DNA of 64,000 bases, taken from NCBI RefSeq assembly GCF_963921235.1, contig NC_086118.1, forward strand, positions 27,220,001-27,284,000, written 5' to 3'. The stretch comes from Mobula hypostoma. Lineage: Eukaryota. A program made the translations under genes and the position numbers. The notes below the pieces were generated by a model, which was not told the DNA's origin, ran no database searches, and saw nothing but the letters and a program-made list of their open reading frames with translations. Positions 49,060-61,282 of the stretch are shown in pieces. Positions within the stretch are counted from its first letter, which is position 1. Each line of letters opens with the position of its first letter.

Positions 49060-49447
49060 CCCTTGGTATGAACATAGAATTCTCCAGCTTCTGGTAATTC
49101 CCTCCCCCTCCCTTTCCCTATCCCTATTTCACCTGCCCCTCCCCCAGCTGCCTATCACCTCCCTCTTGGTTCCGCCTCCTTCTAATACTCATTGTGTTTT
49201 CCCCTATTCCTTCTTCACCTTTCCTGCCTATCACCTCCCTGCCTCCCCTCCCCCACCCCGTTATCTTTCCCCTTACTGGTTTTTCACCTGGAACCTACCA
49301 GTCTTCTCCTTCCCACCCTCCCCCGACCTTCTTTATAGGGCCTCTGCCCCTTCCCTCTACAGTCCTGACAAACGGTCTTGGCCCGAAACATTGACTGATC
49401 GTTTCCACGGATGCTGCCCGACCTGCCGAGTTCCTCCAGCGTGTTGA
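49060..49447 (+). mobile_element. Penelope-like 3' tail with a hammerhead motif at 49360-49397
   Basis: CAGUC-CUGACAA-ACGGUCUUGGCCC-GAAAC-AUU-GACUG with a perfect stem I. Confidence 0.8.
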
Positions 49448-51293
49448 AGCATTAATTGACAATGATCTACCTGATGTTCAGTGGCAGGTGGTGCTATAGA
49501 TACTGCAACTAAAATAGATAAACTTGTAGAGGAGTCTTTCATTTGCAATAAGCAACTGGGTTCAGAAATTGAATAGACCAGAAATATTTCTGGTGCAGAT
49601 TATCTCCAGTGAATCCCAGTGCAAATTCTGTCAAATTTGCTTCTGTGCTGATCACTTCTGGTTTAGTAAGCGATTTGATTGCAGTATCAAATATTGTGGA
49701 AAGGAGATATGAAGGATCGGAAAAGCAAATAACTGTATCCATGCAAATATGAAAGACTTTTTTCAGTAAACTGATCATACTCCAATTAAATTATTTGCAT
49801 CATAAACTATTCCACATAATTCATCTGTCCCAAAATAATGTTTCTCTGTTACGGCAAGGTTGCATCTGAACATTTTGTGACATCCATGCACTCGACAAGA
49901 ATACAGAGAGAGCTGTGAAGAGGCTACAAGATATGAAAGAAATCTCCTTTATGCAGTATTGATTTAGTTTGGGTCATTAGTGTCCAATTCTATTTCAATG
50001 GAGATCAAAAGGTAATTCCTTAATTGTGATGGTGTAGGTAAAAATAATTTTTCTATATATGTAAACTGCCACTTTTTTAGTGCTGATTTTAAATAAATTA
50101 TTGCTTTGATGTATTAAACACAATTTTAAGAGATTCTTTCTTGATTTGCATATCAATAAGGTATCAGTGATTCATGTAGGGCTGAAGTACCGCATCGAGA
50201 TCCATAAAGCTTTTCATGTGAAATCTAGAAAGCTTACTAATTCGCAACAAATGTTGAGATTGGAATACAATTATTTGATAAAAGTCTTCTGCATTGTTTA
50301 TGCTTTGACACTGTGCTCAAGTAGTTCTTTACAAAAGATGCATTAAACTGAGCACTTTAACTGACCTTTTTGTTCTTAGTTTGGGTTGAAAAATAATATT
50401 TGCACATAAGAGCTTACGTTGCTTCAAAGTTGCAGGATGCTTTTGATTTCAGTATGGCTTTGATTGAGCACAATTGTTGGAAGATGAACTGCATTTTCAA
50501 AAATCACAGAATATTTATGGTACTGAAGAAGCCCATTTGGTCCAACTACTGCCAGAAAAATCCAGTCTAATCCCACCTTCCAATATGTAGTCCTTTGTCC
50601 TACAATTTTATACTCTTCAAGTACACTTCTCAGTTCTTTTTAAATACTTTGAGGATGTGTCATCCAGCAAAAAGAACAAAAACAGATTCACTGAAGAAAT
50701 AACATGATTCAATATGCTTACTCGATAAGAAAATAAAATGAGAAATGGGAATTAGTTTGAAATTATGCATTGTATAAAAATCCATATGGTGTGGCATAGT
50801 GGATTGATGCCAGTTTCTTCCAGATGGAACATGAGTTCTTTTTGTGCACATAATGTACAAGACATACACATATATGTTGCAGTCCAAAGCTTTTTGCATC
50901 ACCCTATGAAGGAAGGGTCATTAGTTCCTGAATATGTATGTAAATCACTAACTCTTTTAAGCAATAGTCTTCAACCGGAACCATTCCTGGAAGAACTGGA
51001 GGTTTGTATTGAGTAACCCGATGCAAAGGGTGCTGGGCCAGACTCTGAATTTTCTGCTCCAAAGCTGAATTGGATTCTAGCAGTAGATTTGGATGCCAGA
51101 GAAGAAATTTGAAGTAGTTGGGAATGTCCCGTGACGACAGCAATAACGAAGTCCTCATCTGCAAAATAATGTGAAGCTTAATTCAGAGTTGAAGTCATTG
51201 GTAACTTCTGCAACCCATAAAAACAATCTTTATACGAAACATTTGAGTGAGACTGCTTCTGTGTGTTGGGCCTGATGGCTATTAGGGCCCCAG

Positions 51294-51509
51294 AAGAAGA
51301 ATAAGTCCCTTCGCTCCGAGTGGAGTCATCGGGACGCTGACATGATGGCGTTTTTTTAGCAGGCTTTCTTATTTGAACGAGGCCGAGTTGCTAGCTCGAT
51401 GCTCAACCCAGTATGGATGGAAAGTGTGCAAGGGAGCCGGCTGGATTCGAACTCGGGAGCCTTCGCTCCGAAGTCCGGCGCTGATGCCACTACGCCACTA
51501 GCCGGCTAT
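51294..51509 (-). mobile_element. tRNA-derived SINE with (TTC)n tail
   Basis: A-box TGGCGTAGTGG and B-box AGTTCGAATCC on minus; 12-bp TSD TTAGGGCCCCAG (51282-51293, 51510-51521). Confidence 0.9.
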
Positions 51510-51714
51510 TTAGGGCCCCAGTACTTACTTGAATAAGTGTTGCATCAGTGACGTCTGATCCACATTTCACAATGGTTGACATCATTACTGCAGACTCAGC
51601 CCTATTCATACATGGCAGTATCACATGTGCAGAATTGTAAAATCTAGAGTTGCAATTTGCCTACAAGCATATCTCCAGGGGTTACGGTGGCACAGATAGT
51701 GACCTGGATTTAAT

Positions 51715-51870
51715 CAACACACACAAAATGCTGGGGGAACACAGCAGGCCAGGGAATGAATAAACAGTTGACATTTCAGGCCAGATCCTTCATCAGGGTT
51801 GGAAAAAAAAGATGAGAAGTCAGAGCAAGAAGGTGGGGGGAGGGGAGGAAGAAGTACAAGGTGTTCTGCG
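51715..51870 (-). mobile_element. Penelope-like tail with a hammerhead motif
   Basis: Minus strand CUGAUGA-AGGAUCUGGCCU-GAAAU-GUC at ~51765-51800. Confidence 0.75.
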
Positions 51871-53284
51871 GTAAAGGGTTTGGGTGAGCACATGGTTGAA
51901 GAGTCGGAGGGCAACAGAGATCACAGAAGGGGAGCTGTCTGTGTGGAGGGTCCACACTTCACTTATGAGGTACTCCAGTTTTTTTCCACATACCAAACAT
52001 CTGTGGAGTGGTTTCTTAATTGGTTCTAAGTTGTCCCTGGTCTGTGAGCGAGCATCCAAGTCTATGTTAGTTTGGAATGTTTGGAAAATAACTTAGAATT
52101 TCTATTGGGTTGGTGTAAATAGGAGCTTGCTGAACAGTATAGATCAGTGGCACAAAGAACCTGCATCCATTTCACATGCCTTTAGGATTTCCTGACTTCA
52201 AAATGTATATTTACATCTGTCCATATGTAATGGTATTAGTGGGAGCTAAGGAAAAAAAGAAGTATTATATTGGGAAATCATGCAAAGCATTGCAGATGGG
52301 AAAGTGATCAAATGAGATAGATGAGAAGTAAAAGAATCCAAGTTATCTGTTCAACCATCTTTACAGCTCTCACTTCTACAGATTAAAAAAACATTTAGCA
52401 GGTACAGCTGATGATATGTAGCAGTTCAGAAGCCACACTGAAATAATTATACAAGATTACTACCTCAAAAATTGTCAACGTTTATCTTATCTGTGGCAAT
52501 GAAGCAGTTCAGTCTGATCTCACATTTAGCTTTTAATAGATGAAGAAAAAAACCATTAAATAAAAGATGTTCACAAAGTGGTTTTGTTTATTTGGCACAC
52601 ATTTCTTACAGACGCAGAGACTTGCATAAAAACCTGTGCTACAGCTGGTGCTGGTTATATTATTGGAGGTGTGTCAGGCAGAGAGAGTCTTTCAAGCAAC
52701 AAAAGGAAAAGATTGCCATTATTGATCAGACAGCTGACTGATAAATCTAAGTCACTAAGGAACCAGGAAAAAAGCAAATTTCTTGGAATCAGTTCCTGAC
52801 AGATCAGGGCTCTTTATGAGTGTCTAGACGCAGGACATCAAAGTTGCTGGTTGAAAATGCTACAATGACGATTTAGTTATTCACTGGCATCATAGAATGA
52901 AAATAAAGCAGTTGTTGACTAACACTGAACTGAACTAAATTGAATACTACTAAACTCCTGGTTTGACATTTTATTTTCTATGTGCTGTTTGCTCGCTTTT
53001 TGCTGTTAGCACAATTTGTTCTTTTTTTCACCCGTTAGGTACTTGATATTTTCTCAGATGGGTTCCATGGTGTTTGTTTGTTTTTCAGCTGTCTGCAGAA
53101 GGAAGACTTTCAGAATTGTATTTTGTTTACATACTTTGATAATAAATGTACTTTTAATCTTTAGTTATCAAAATCAAACACTCTTTGCTACAGACCTAGA
53201 TCTCAGAGGGATATTAAGCATTAAAGAAACCCAAGAAACAAATGAAGAATGTACCTGCTACATAGGGTCTCAGTACATGTACTA

Positions 53285-53505
53285 TCATAGAGTCATACAG
53301 CACTACAACACAGGAAAAGGTCTGTCAGTCCATCTAATCCATGTCCAATTATCATTCTGCCTAATCCCATTGACCGGTACCTAGACCACAGCCCCTCACT
53401 CCCATCCATGTACTTAGCTGGATATTCTTAAATGTTGAAATCAAACCCGCATCTGCCACTTCCACTGATAGCTTATTCCACACTCTCATTACTCTCTGAG
53501 TGAGG
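53285..53505 (-). mobile_element. CR1 3'-tail fragment
   Basis: CATAGAGTCATACAGCAC... tail followed by CR1 C-terminal remnant. Confidence 0.65.
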
Positions 53506-54637
53506 AGTGTACTGTTTTACACTCTCCTTTTTCAACTGAATTTTACTTATTTAGTAACAGTATTTGTTTTTTTTAAACATATTTACACCTGTAGGTTACT
53601 TAATTAATTTTTACAATTGACCTTATTCTCAAAGTTGCTGTGGAGCATCATTAAAATAGCACTAAGACCAGTAGTGAGGGTCAGGAAGATATGGTCAAGG
53701 GGGCGGAGGAGAGCTTGCAGAACTGAACAATGTTCAGGGATTTATCTTCAAATCTGAATGAATACACCGACTTGGTCAAGACCCGGGTGGATAAGTGTGT
53801 GCCTTTGAGAACATACTGGACCATACACAGATGGACCTGGAACTTTGTAGTCTACCGAGGGCTGGATCTATGGCATTCAAGTCTGGTGATCCATAAATAT
53901 ACAAGAATTCCAGGTGTAATCTACAGAAGGTTATTTTGGGAATGAGAAAACAAGTCTGATTGAAGTTAAAGATGGAATTGGACGCATGGCAGCTCTGGCA
54001 GGGTTTGCAGATCATTACTTCCTGCAAGGTGAAACCTAACAACATGAGTGGCTGTGATGCTTCACTCCCAGATGAGCTCAACACCTTTTATCCGCACTTT
54101 GAAAGAAAGAATAAAACTACTCCTGTGCGAATCGCTGTAGCATGCGGAGACCGTGTGATCTCTGTCTCAGAGGCTGATGTCCTGATTCAGGAGGATGAAC
54201 CCTCGCTAGGCACTAGGCTCTGAAAACCTGTGCCAGCCAACTGGTGTGAGTGTTCAAGGACATCTTTAATCTCTCACTGCTGCAGTTGAAGATTCCCACC
54301 TGCTTCAAGAGGGTGATGTTCATACCAGTGCCCAAGAAGAGCAGAGTGAGCTGCCTCAATGACTATCATCCAATTGTACTCACATCTACTGTGAAGAAGT
54401 ACATTGCAATTTGCCTATCGCTACAATAGGTACACAGCAGATACAGTTGGCCTTGGACCATCTGGACAATAGTAAGAGCTATGTAGGGCTGTTTATTGAT
54501 AATGGCTTAGTGTTCAACACAATCATACCCTCAGTTCTAATCAAGAAGTTCCAGAACCTGGGCCTCTGTACCTCCCTCTGCAACTGATTCTTTGACTTCC
54601 TTATTAGGAGAGCACAGTCTCCGCAGATCGGTAATAA

Positions 54638-55203
54638 CAGTGGTCCCCAACTACCGGGCCGCAAAGCATGAGAGGAAATGATATGATTTGGCGATATGAA
54701 ACAATATGAGTCAGCTGCACCTTTCCTCATTCCCTGTCATGCACTGTTGAACATGAAATAACCTACCAAATCATACCAAGTAACACATAAGACCTAAAAT
54801 AACACTAACATATAGTAAAAGCAGGAATGATATGATTAATACAGAGCCTATATAAAGTAGAAATAATGTATGTACAGTGTAATTTCACTTAACAGAATCG
54901 GGAAGATTGAGCCAAAACCGATTTGTAGAAAAAAAATCGGCACGTACACACATTAGCATGTCATGTATGCGCACATCACGCATGCGCACACAGGTGCCCG
55001 CGCAAGGCTTCACGGTCATGGTAGTCTTTCTCGGGGTAAACACAAGTGTCCCGTATTTGACTGCTACTTTTGTCCCTTATTTGGGAGTGAGAAAGTTGGC
55101 AACCCTACTTGAACACCCCCCTCCCCGCCCCCGATCGGCCAGTCCGCAAGAATATTGTCAATATTAAACCGGTCTGCGGTGCAAAAAAGGTTGGGGACCC
55201 CTG
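54638..55203. mobile_element. Non-autonomous hAT (Charlie-type) element
   Basis: TIRs CAGTGGTCCCCAAC / GTTGGGGACCCCTG; 8-bp TSD GGTAATAA. Confidence 0.92.
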
Positions 55204-55589
55204 GGTAATAACATATCCTCCTCACTGGCATACCTCAAGGACATGTGCTGAGCCCATTGCTCTACCCTCTCCACTCTCAGCTGTGTGGCTCGGCACAGCT
55301 CAAATGCCATATATAAATTTGCCGATGACACAATTACTGTTGGCAGACTTTCAGATGGTGAAGAGGCGGTATACAGGAGTGAAATAGATCAGCTGGTTGG
55401 GTTGTGTCACAACAACAACCTTGCACCAATGTCAGTAAGACAAAGGAATTGATTGTGGACTTCAGAAGGGGAAAGTTGAGGGAACACATTCTAGTCCTCC
55501 CTGAGAGATCAGAAGTGGAAAGTGTGAGGAGTTTCAAGTTCCTGGGTGTCAACGTCTCTTAGGATCTATTCTGACCCAACCTACTGATG

Positions 55590-56132
55590 TGTAACCCTCA
55601 GGCTCGGCCAGCATGTGTTCATCTCGGGGAAAACAACTTTAGCCCCGCCAAACTGAGAAATCTCGTTTGCGTGGATGTTGCGTGATGTGTTGCCCGGTTA
55701 CAAATCTGCACAGCAAAATATCAAATGGTACGCAAATGATTGAACTTTATAAATCTTAATTTGGATAGAGGGTTAGCAAAGAAAATAAAAAGTAAAAGGG
55801 CCCATTTTAAGGAAAAAGTCTACTGCGCATCGTTGGAGCTCACTGTTTGTTCATTTGTTCCCATCGACCTCCAAGCGTAGCTGGTCCTTGGACCCTCACT
55901 CCTCAGTCCACTCCGTCCGGTGGTCTTCCCACTCTCTCCATTCATGTCCTCTCTCTCCATCGCTCCCTGACAAAAGACTGTGAAAATCTCTCTTCCAGAC
56001 TCACAAGAAAGAACAACATTTCTCCCATTGGATAATATACATTCCAAAGCCCCGTTATCGCTAGTCACAACCAAAACATGGCTGCTGCAGAGAAACCATT
56101 ACCTTAGCAGTGAAACCTTACAGCATGTTACA
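55590..56132. mobile_element. Solo LTR
   Basis: TGTAAC...GTTACA termini; 4-bp TSD GATG; interrupts the LINE. Confidence 0.9.
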
Positions 56133-57536
56133 GATGCAATTATAAAGAAGACCTGACAGTGGCTATATTTCATTAGGAGTTTAAGGAGCTTTGGTATATC
56201 ACCGAAGACTCTCGCAAATTTCTACAGATGTGCTATGGAGAGCATTCTATCTGGTTGCATTGCCACCGGATACAGAGGGGACACTTGACAGGAATGGAAA
56301 AGCAGCATAAAGTTGTAGACTCAGCAAAGTCCATCATGGGCACCAGCCTCCCCGGCATCGAGTGCACCTTCAAAAGGCGATGCCTCAAAAAGGCGACATC
56401 CATCATTGAGGACCCTCATCACCCAGGACATGCCCTCTTCACATTGGTGCCATCAAGAAAGAGGTACAGGAGCCCAAAGACGCACATTCGATGTTTCAGG
56501 AACAGCTTCTTCCACTCCACCCTATGAATGGACAAGGAACCCTTGTATATTACCTCACTAGTTTCTGCTCTCTTTCTGCTCTTCTTGTTTAATTATATAA
56601 TTATATAATGTAAAATAGTGTGCATATGTTATTGTAATTTATTGTTTTTATTATTATATATTGCAATTACTGCTGCTGCAAAACAATAAATTTTAACACA
56701 CATTCCAGGACCTGATTCTGATTCTGAAGGTTAAAGAAAATTGTTTAATTATGTACCGACTCAAGGCATGGAGACAGATTCTTAGCCAATCACAAGCAGC
56801 CTGATCATCCAACTATTGCACGGGCCATTCGATGATCAAGGCTGATGATGATGAGGTTTTGCTTCTTTGTTTCTCCCTTGTTACAGTGTGATCTAAGAAA
56901 GCTGAAAGAACCTTAACAATAGACATTAGCACAACAGAGGTAAAAGGTCAAACTATTCTCTCAAATTATTAGTTATTCAATTTAAAAATATCTGCTTATT
57001 TAAATTTCATGTGATTTTTGTCCCAGTTTCAACTATGTTTTCATATTTGCAAAATAAATAGAAATATTAAAATATGGAAAGGCAAAATATTGAGTGCCCT
57101 AAATTCATCATCAACATTACGTGCCATGCTGTATGACGTAGGTGATAATGGTCTCAGGACAATGACTGTTCTCCATAAATTTTCTACAGAAATGATTTGC
57201 ATTGTCTTCTTCTGGGCAGCGTCTTTAAAAATGGGTGAGCCCAGCCATTATCAATACTCTTCAGAGATTGTCTGCCTAGCGTCAGTGCTCGCATAACCAG
57301 GATTTGTGATATGCATCAGCAGCTCATGTGACCAACCACACCTGCTCCCGTGGCTTTACGTGACCTTGATCGGGGTGGGGGGCGAGGTAAAAAGGTGCTA
57401 CACTTTGCTCAAGAGGGTCCTTTGGAAGAGATGTATCTCCACCCTGTCCTAAATTACTTGTGCATAAAAATGGTATTTTTATGTAATTTGCATGGAATCT
57501 GCCTGATTTTCATTTATTGAAAATAAATGGCGAGAA

Positions 57537-58210
57537 AGGGAGATGGCGGCGTGACGCAGCTCGCAGCGGCCACTCCGGTGGTTATGTCTGTTATCTGTAA
57601 AGTAGGGTGCCGTGCACAATCCTGATTTGATGGAGATGGATGTGAGAGCACGGAGGAACATCTGGTGAAACTTCTGAAATGCCTGCTTCGCTGCTGCTGC
57701 TACTGTGTGGCCCAGAATCTCCGGAGGAGAAGGCCCCGAGTCCTCGGCTTTGCTTGTTGCCCGGCGGCCAGGTCGGGGTCGAAGCACTCGGCAGAGGATG
57801 GTGCTCGGTGCTCAGTGTTGGAGGGCGGGTTGGAGGCTCGAAGTTTTTGGACGGACTCAGGGTCCACTGCGGTCGGGTGCTTCCAATGGTGCTGCATCGG
57901 TGAGTTAGCGGGACTTGGAGGTTCATGGCGGGGAGAGTTCCTCCCTTTCGCCACCTGCGTGGGAAGATGAGTCTATCGGGACTTTGAGTCTTTTTTTTTA
58001 CCGTGCCCATGGTCTGCTCTTTATCAAATTATGGTGTTGCTTTGCACTGTTGTAACTATATGTTATAATTATTTGGTTTTGTCAGTTTTAGTCTTGGTTT
58101 GCCCTGTGTTTTCTTGTGATATCATTCTGGAGGAACGTTGTATCATTTTTTAATGCATGCATTTCTAAATGACAATAAATGAAAACTGAACTGAAATGAA
58201 CTGAACTGAA
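57537..58210 (+). mobile_element. CpG-rich non-autonomous LINE-derived element
   Basis: Starts GAGATGGCGGC (YY1-like); GC-rich 5' half, T-rich 3' half; AATAAA plus (ACTGA)n tail. Confidence 0.7.
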
Positions 58211-58772
58211 TTGATACTTACAGACCCAATTATCTCCTGAAGGAGTCTATACCATATATTAAGAAAACAAACTACCTGTAAGCACTGATATCCAAATCCA
58301 TTGCTTATTTTCAGTTTATGCCAGCTTCCCACCAATACAAACCAATATTCAAACTCAGTTCAAGCCTGGATCATGTTCCCCTGTTTGTCTGTTCTTAGCT
58401 TGATGAAGCAGGTTATTATAAATTACATTATTATTTCACTTCTGAATATTATGCCCGAGTTTGTGGAACTTATGATTTAAAGCTGAATCAAGTCTGTAAT
58501 GAAAGCCTCTGAATATAGAACATCAATTCCTAATATGCACTGAATCATACTTGTTTTATATATGACAGTTATATATGAATTAAGTTTGTTCCTATGGTAT
58601 TTGGCTGTGTAGGAGCTGGAACAGATTACAAAGATAGGGAGCATGCAGGATTTCGAGGTTTTTCATATCACAAGTGTTGTCGGTTCTGGGGAGAGCTACT
58701 GAGACAGGGAGAGGACAGGAAACTCCCTTGTTTGTAGTAGTCAGTGTCTTGGACCTCCAGAAAGTGGTCCAC

Positions 58773-59123
58773 AGCAGGGATGATTGATACGTTCATTGCC
58801 TAAGGTAGAAGAAGATGAGTTATTAACTTCGAACTTTCTGCATAATCACTCAAAGAGTTGAACTGCACATGCATGTAACGAGAGCTGTATAACTCCGCTC
58901 CTTCTACCTTAGGCCACGAACTTATCAATCACTGTTAAGGGCTGTGGACCATTTTCTGAGGTTCAAGATGCCAACTTCTACAAACAAGAGATCCGTATAC
59001 TTCACGACTGCTGGACTAAGTGTGTAAATGTAGGAAGGGACTATGTTGAAAAATAGATGTGCTAGGTTTTCTAAAATTGACTCCTTCTACCTTAGGCCAC
59101 AAACTTATCAATCACCCCTCGTA
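58773..59123 (+). mobile_element. Mariner-derived non-autonomous element
   Basis: TIR-like ends (..TGATTGATA..GCCTAAGGTAGAAG / CTTCTACCTTAGGCC..TATCAATCACCCCTCGTA); transposase C-terminal remnant WTKCVNVGRDYVEK*. Confidence 0.8.
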
Positions 59124-59159
59124 TGTTTTTGAGAGTGTGGCAGAGCAAAGAAGAGGAAG

Positions 59160-60835
59160 AGTGGACAATGCACCATTGGAAAATAACTCTAGAGAGGTAG
59201 TAATGGGGAACAAAGAATTGGTGAATGAACTTAATAAGTATTTTATGTCAGTCTTCACTGTGGAAGACACCAGCAGCATGCCAGAGATTCGACAATGTCA
59301 GGGAGCAGCAGTGAGTGTAGTTGCTATAAAGAGAAGGTGCTTGTGAATTTCAAAGGTATGAAGGTAACGTCCTCTGGACCAGACAGATTACACCCCAGGA
59401 TTCTGAAGGAGATAGCTGAAGTGATTGTACAGGCATTAGTAGTGTCTCTCAAAGATCATTAGATTATGGAATGGTCCATTGGACTGGAAAATTGTAAATG
59501 TCACTCAAATCTTTAACAAGGGAAGGAGGCAGATAAAAGGAGATTACAGGCTAGTTAACCTGACTCCAGTGATTGGGAAGATGCTGGAGTCCATTATTAA
59601 GGGTGAAATTTCAGAGAAGCACATGATAAACTAGGCCAAAGTCAGCATGGTTTTCTAAAGGCAAAATATTGCTTGACACATCTATTGGAATTATTTGCGG
59701 AAGTTACAGGCAAGATAGACAAAAAAGAGACAGTGGATGTAGTTTACTTGGATTTTTAGAAGACCTTTGACAAAGTGGTATGGTGTTACAGGAAAGATAC
59801 TAACATGGATAGAAGATTGGCAAACTGGCAGGAGGCAAAGAATAGGAATAAAGGATGCCTTTGGTTTGCTGCCACTGACACCACAGAGGTCTGTGTTGGG
59901 TCTGGTCCTTCTCACATGATATTTTAAAGACTTGAATGAGGGAATGGATGGCTTTGTGGATGATATGAAGATAGGTGCAGGAGCAGGTAATGTTGAGGAA
60001 GCTGGGGTTCAGCAGAAGGACTCCGACAGATTAGAAGAATTGGAAAATGTGGCAGATGGAATATGGTGTAAGGAAGTGAATGGTCATACACTTCGGTGAA
60101 GGAATATATATCGTAGATAATTTTCTAATTGGAGAGAAAATTCAGAAATCAGAGGTGCAAAGGGTCTTGGGAGTCATCATGCAAGATTCCTTAAAGGTTA
60201 AGTTGCAGGTTGAGTCGGTGTTAAAGAAGACAAATGTAATACTAGCATTCACTTTGAGAGGACTGAAAGTTAACAGTAAGGATGTAGTACTTCAAGGTAT
60301 CTATTAGTTCGATCACATTTAGGTGTTGTGAGCAGTTTTGGGTCCAATATCTAAGAAAGGATATGCTGGCATTGGAGAGGGTCCAGAGTGTATTTACAAG
60401 AATGAAAGGGTTAATGTATGAGGAGTGTTTGATTGCTCTGGGCCTGTTCTTGCTGGACAATGAGGAGAGATCCCATTAAAACCTATTGAATATTGAAAGG
60501 CCAAGAGAGAGTGGATGCGGAGAGGATGTTTCCTATGGTTGGTTAGTCTAGGTCCAGAGGGCACAGCCTCAAAATAGATAGACATACCTTTAGAAGAGGA
60601 GGAACTTCTTTAGCCAGAGAGTGGTTAACCTGTGGAATTCATTGGCACAGATGGCTGTGGAGTTCGAGTCATTGGGTATATTCAAGCTGATCGGCTCTTG
60701 ATTTGTAAGGGCATCGAAGGTTATTGGTAGAAGCCAGGAGAATAGGATTGAGAGGAAAAATAAATCAGCCATGATCAAATAGCAGAACAGACTTAATGGG
60801 TCAAATGGTCTAATTCTGCTCCGATGATTTATGTT
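59160..60835 (+). mobile_element. Decayed CR1 ORF2 and 3' tail
   Basis: LNKYFMSVFTVED, SQHGFLK and D..KTFDKV remnants; homologous to 31517-33040. Confidence 0.85.
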
Positions 60836-61282
60836 CTTAAATCATATCATGAGGAATACCTGATGAATATGTATATTTCATTCCATGTGTATAAATAACC
60901 ACAATTTTACTGAAGTGGGTATCAGTTAGTATCCTTTCTACCTATGCCAGATATTATGTGAAAAATCTTTGAACATTTGGTTGCTAATCAGAGGCAGATA
61001 TATTTTATTTGCCAAAATTGGATTTCTCCAGTAAAATAATTCCTAATGCAATATGTTTGCAACATTATAAGGCAGATTTGCGTGTCACATACTGTCTAGA
61101 CCGCAATAACATTTTAAGAAATAATTACGTTAAAGCTGAGATGTCAGAATATTATTTCCACTTTCAATGATTTTCTTCTCTTCGTTGTAAAATCTGGGAC
61201 ATTCCTTTCCAAAGTAATTCAATATAGCAACATTTTTAGTATATAACCGGACATTTTATTTCAAGCCGTTTTTTCTTTTGAA

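Larger units (their letters stand above)
53670..56727 (+). mobile_element. Older Rex1/Babar-like LINE with two nested insertions
   Basis: LPDELNTFYPHF, CLNDY, VFNTIIP, KFADDT and DPHHPGHALF..FRNSFF motifs; (CTGATT)n tail. Confidence 0.85.

Noticed and set aside
52611..52799. Plus-strand acceptor followed by a ~60-codon frame
   Set aside because: No recognisable homology or donor; consistent with chance.
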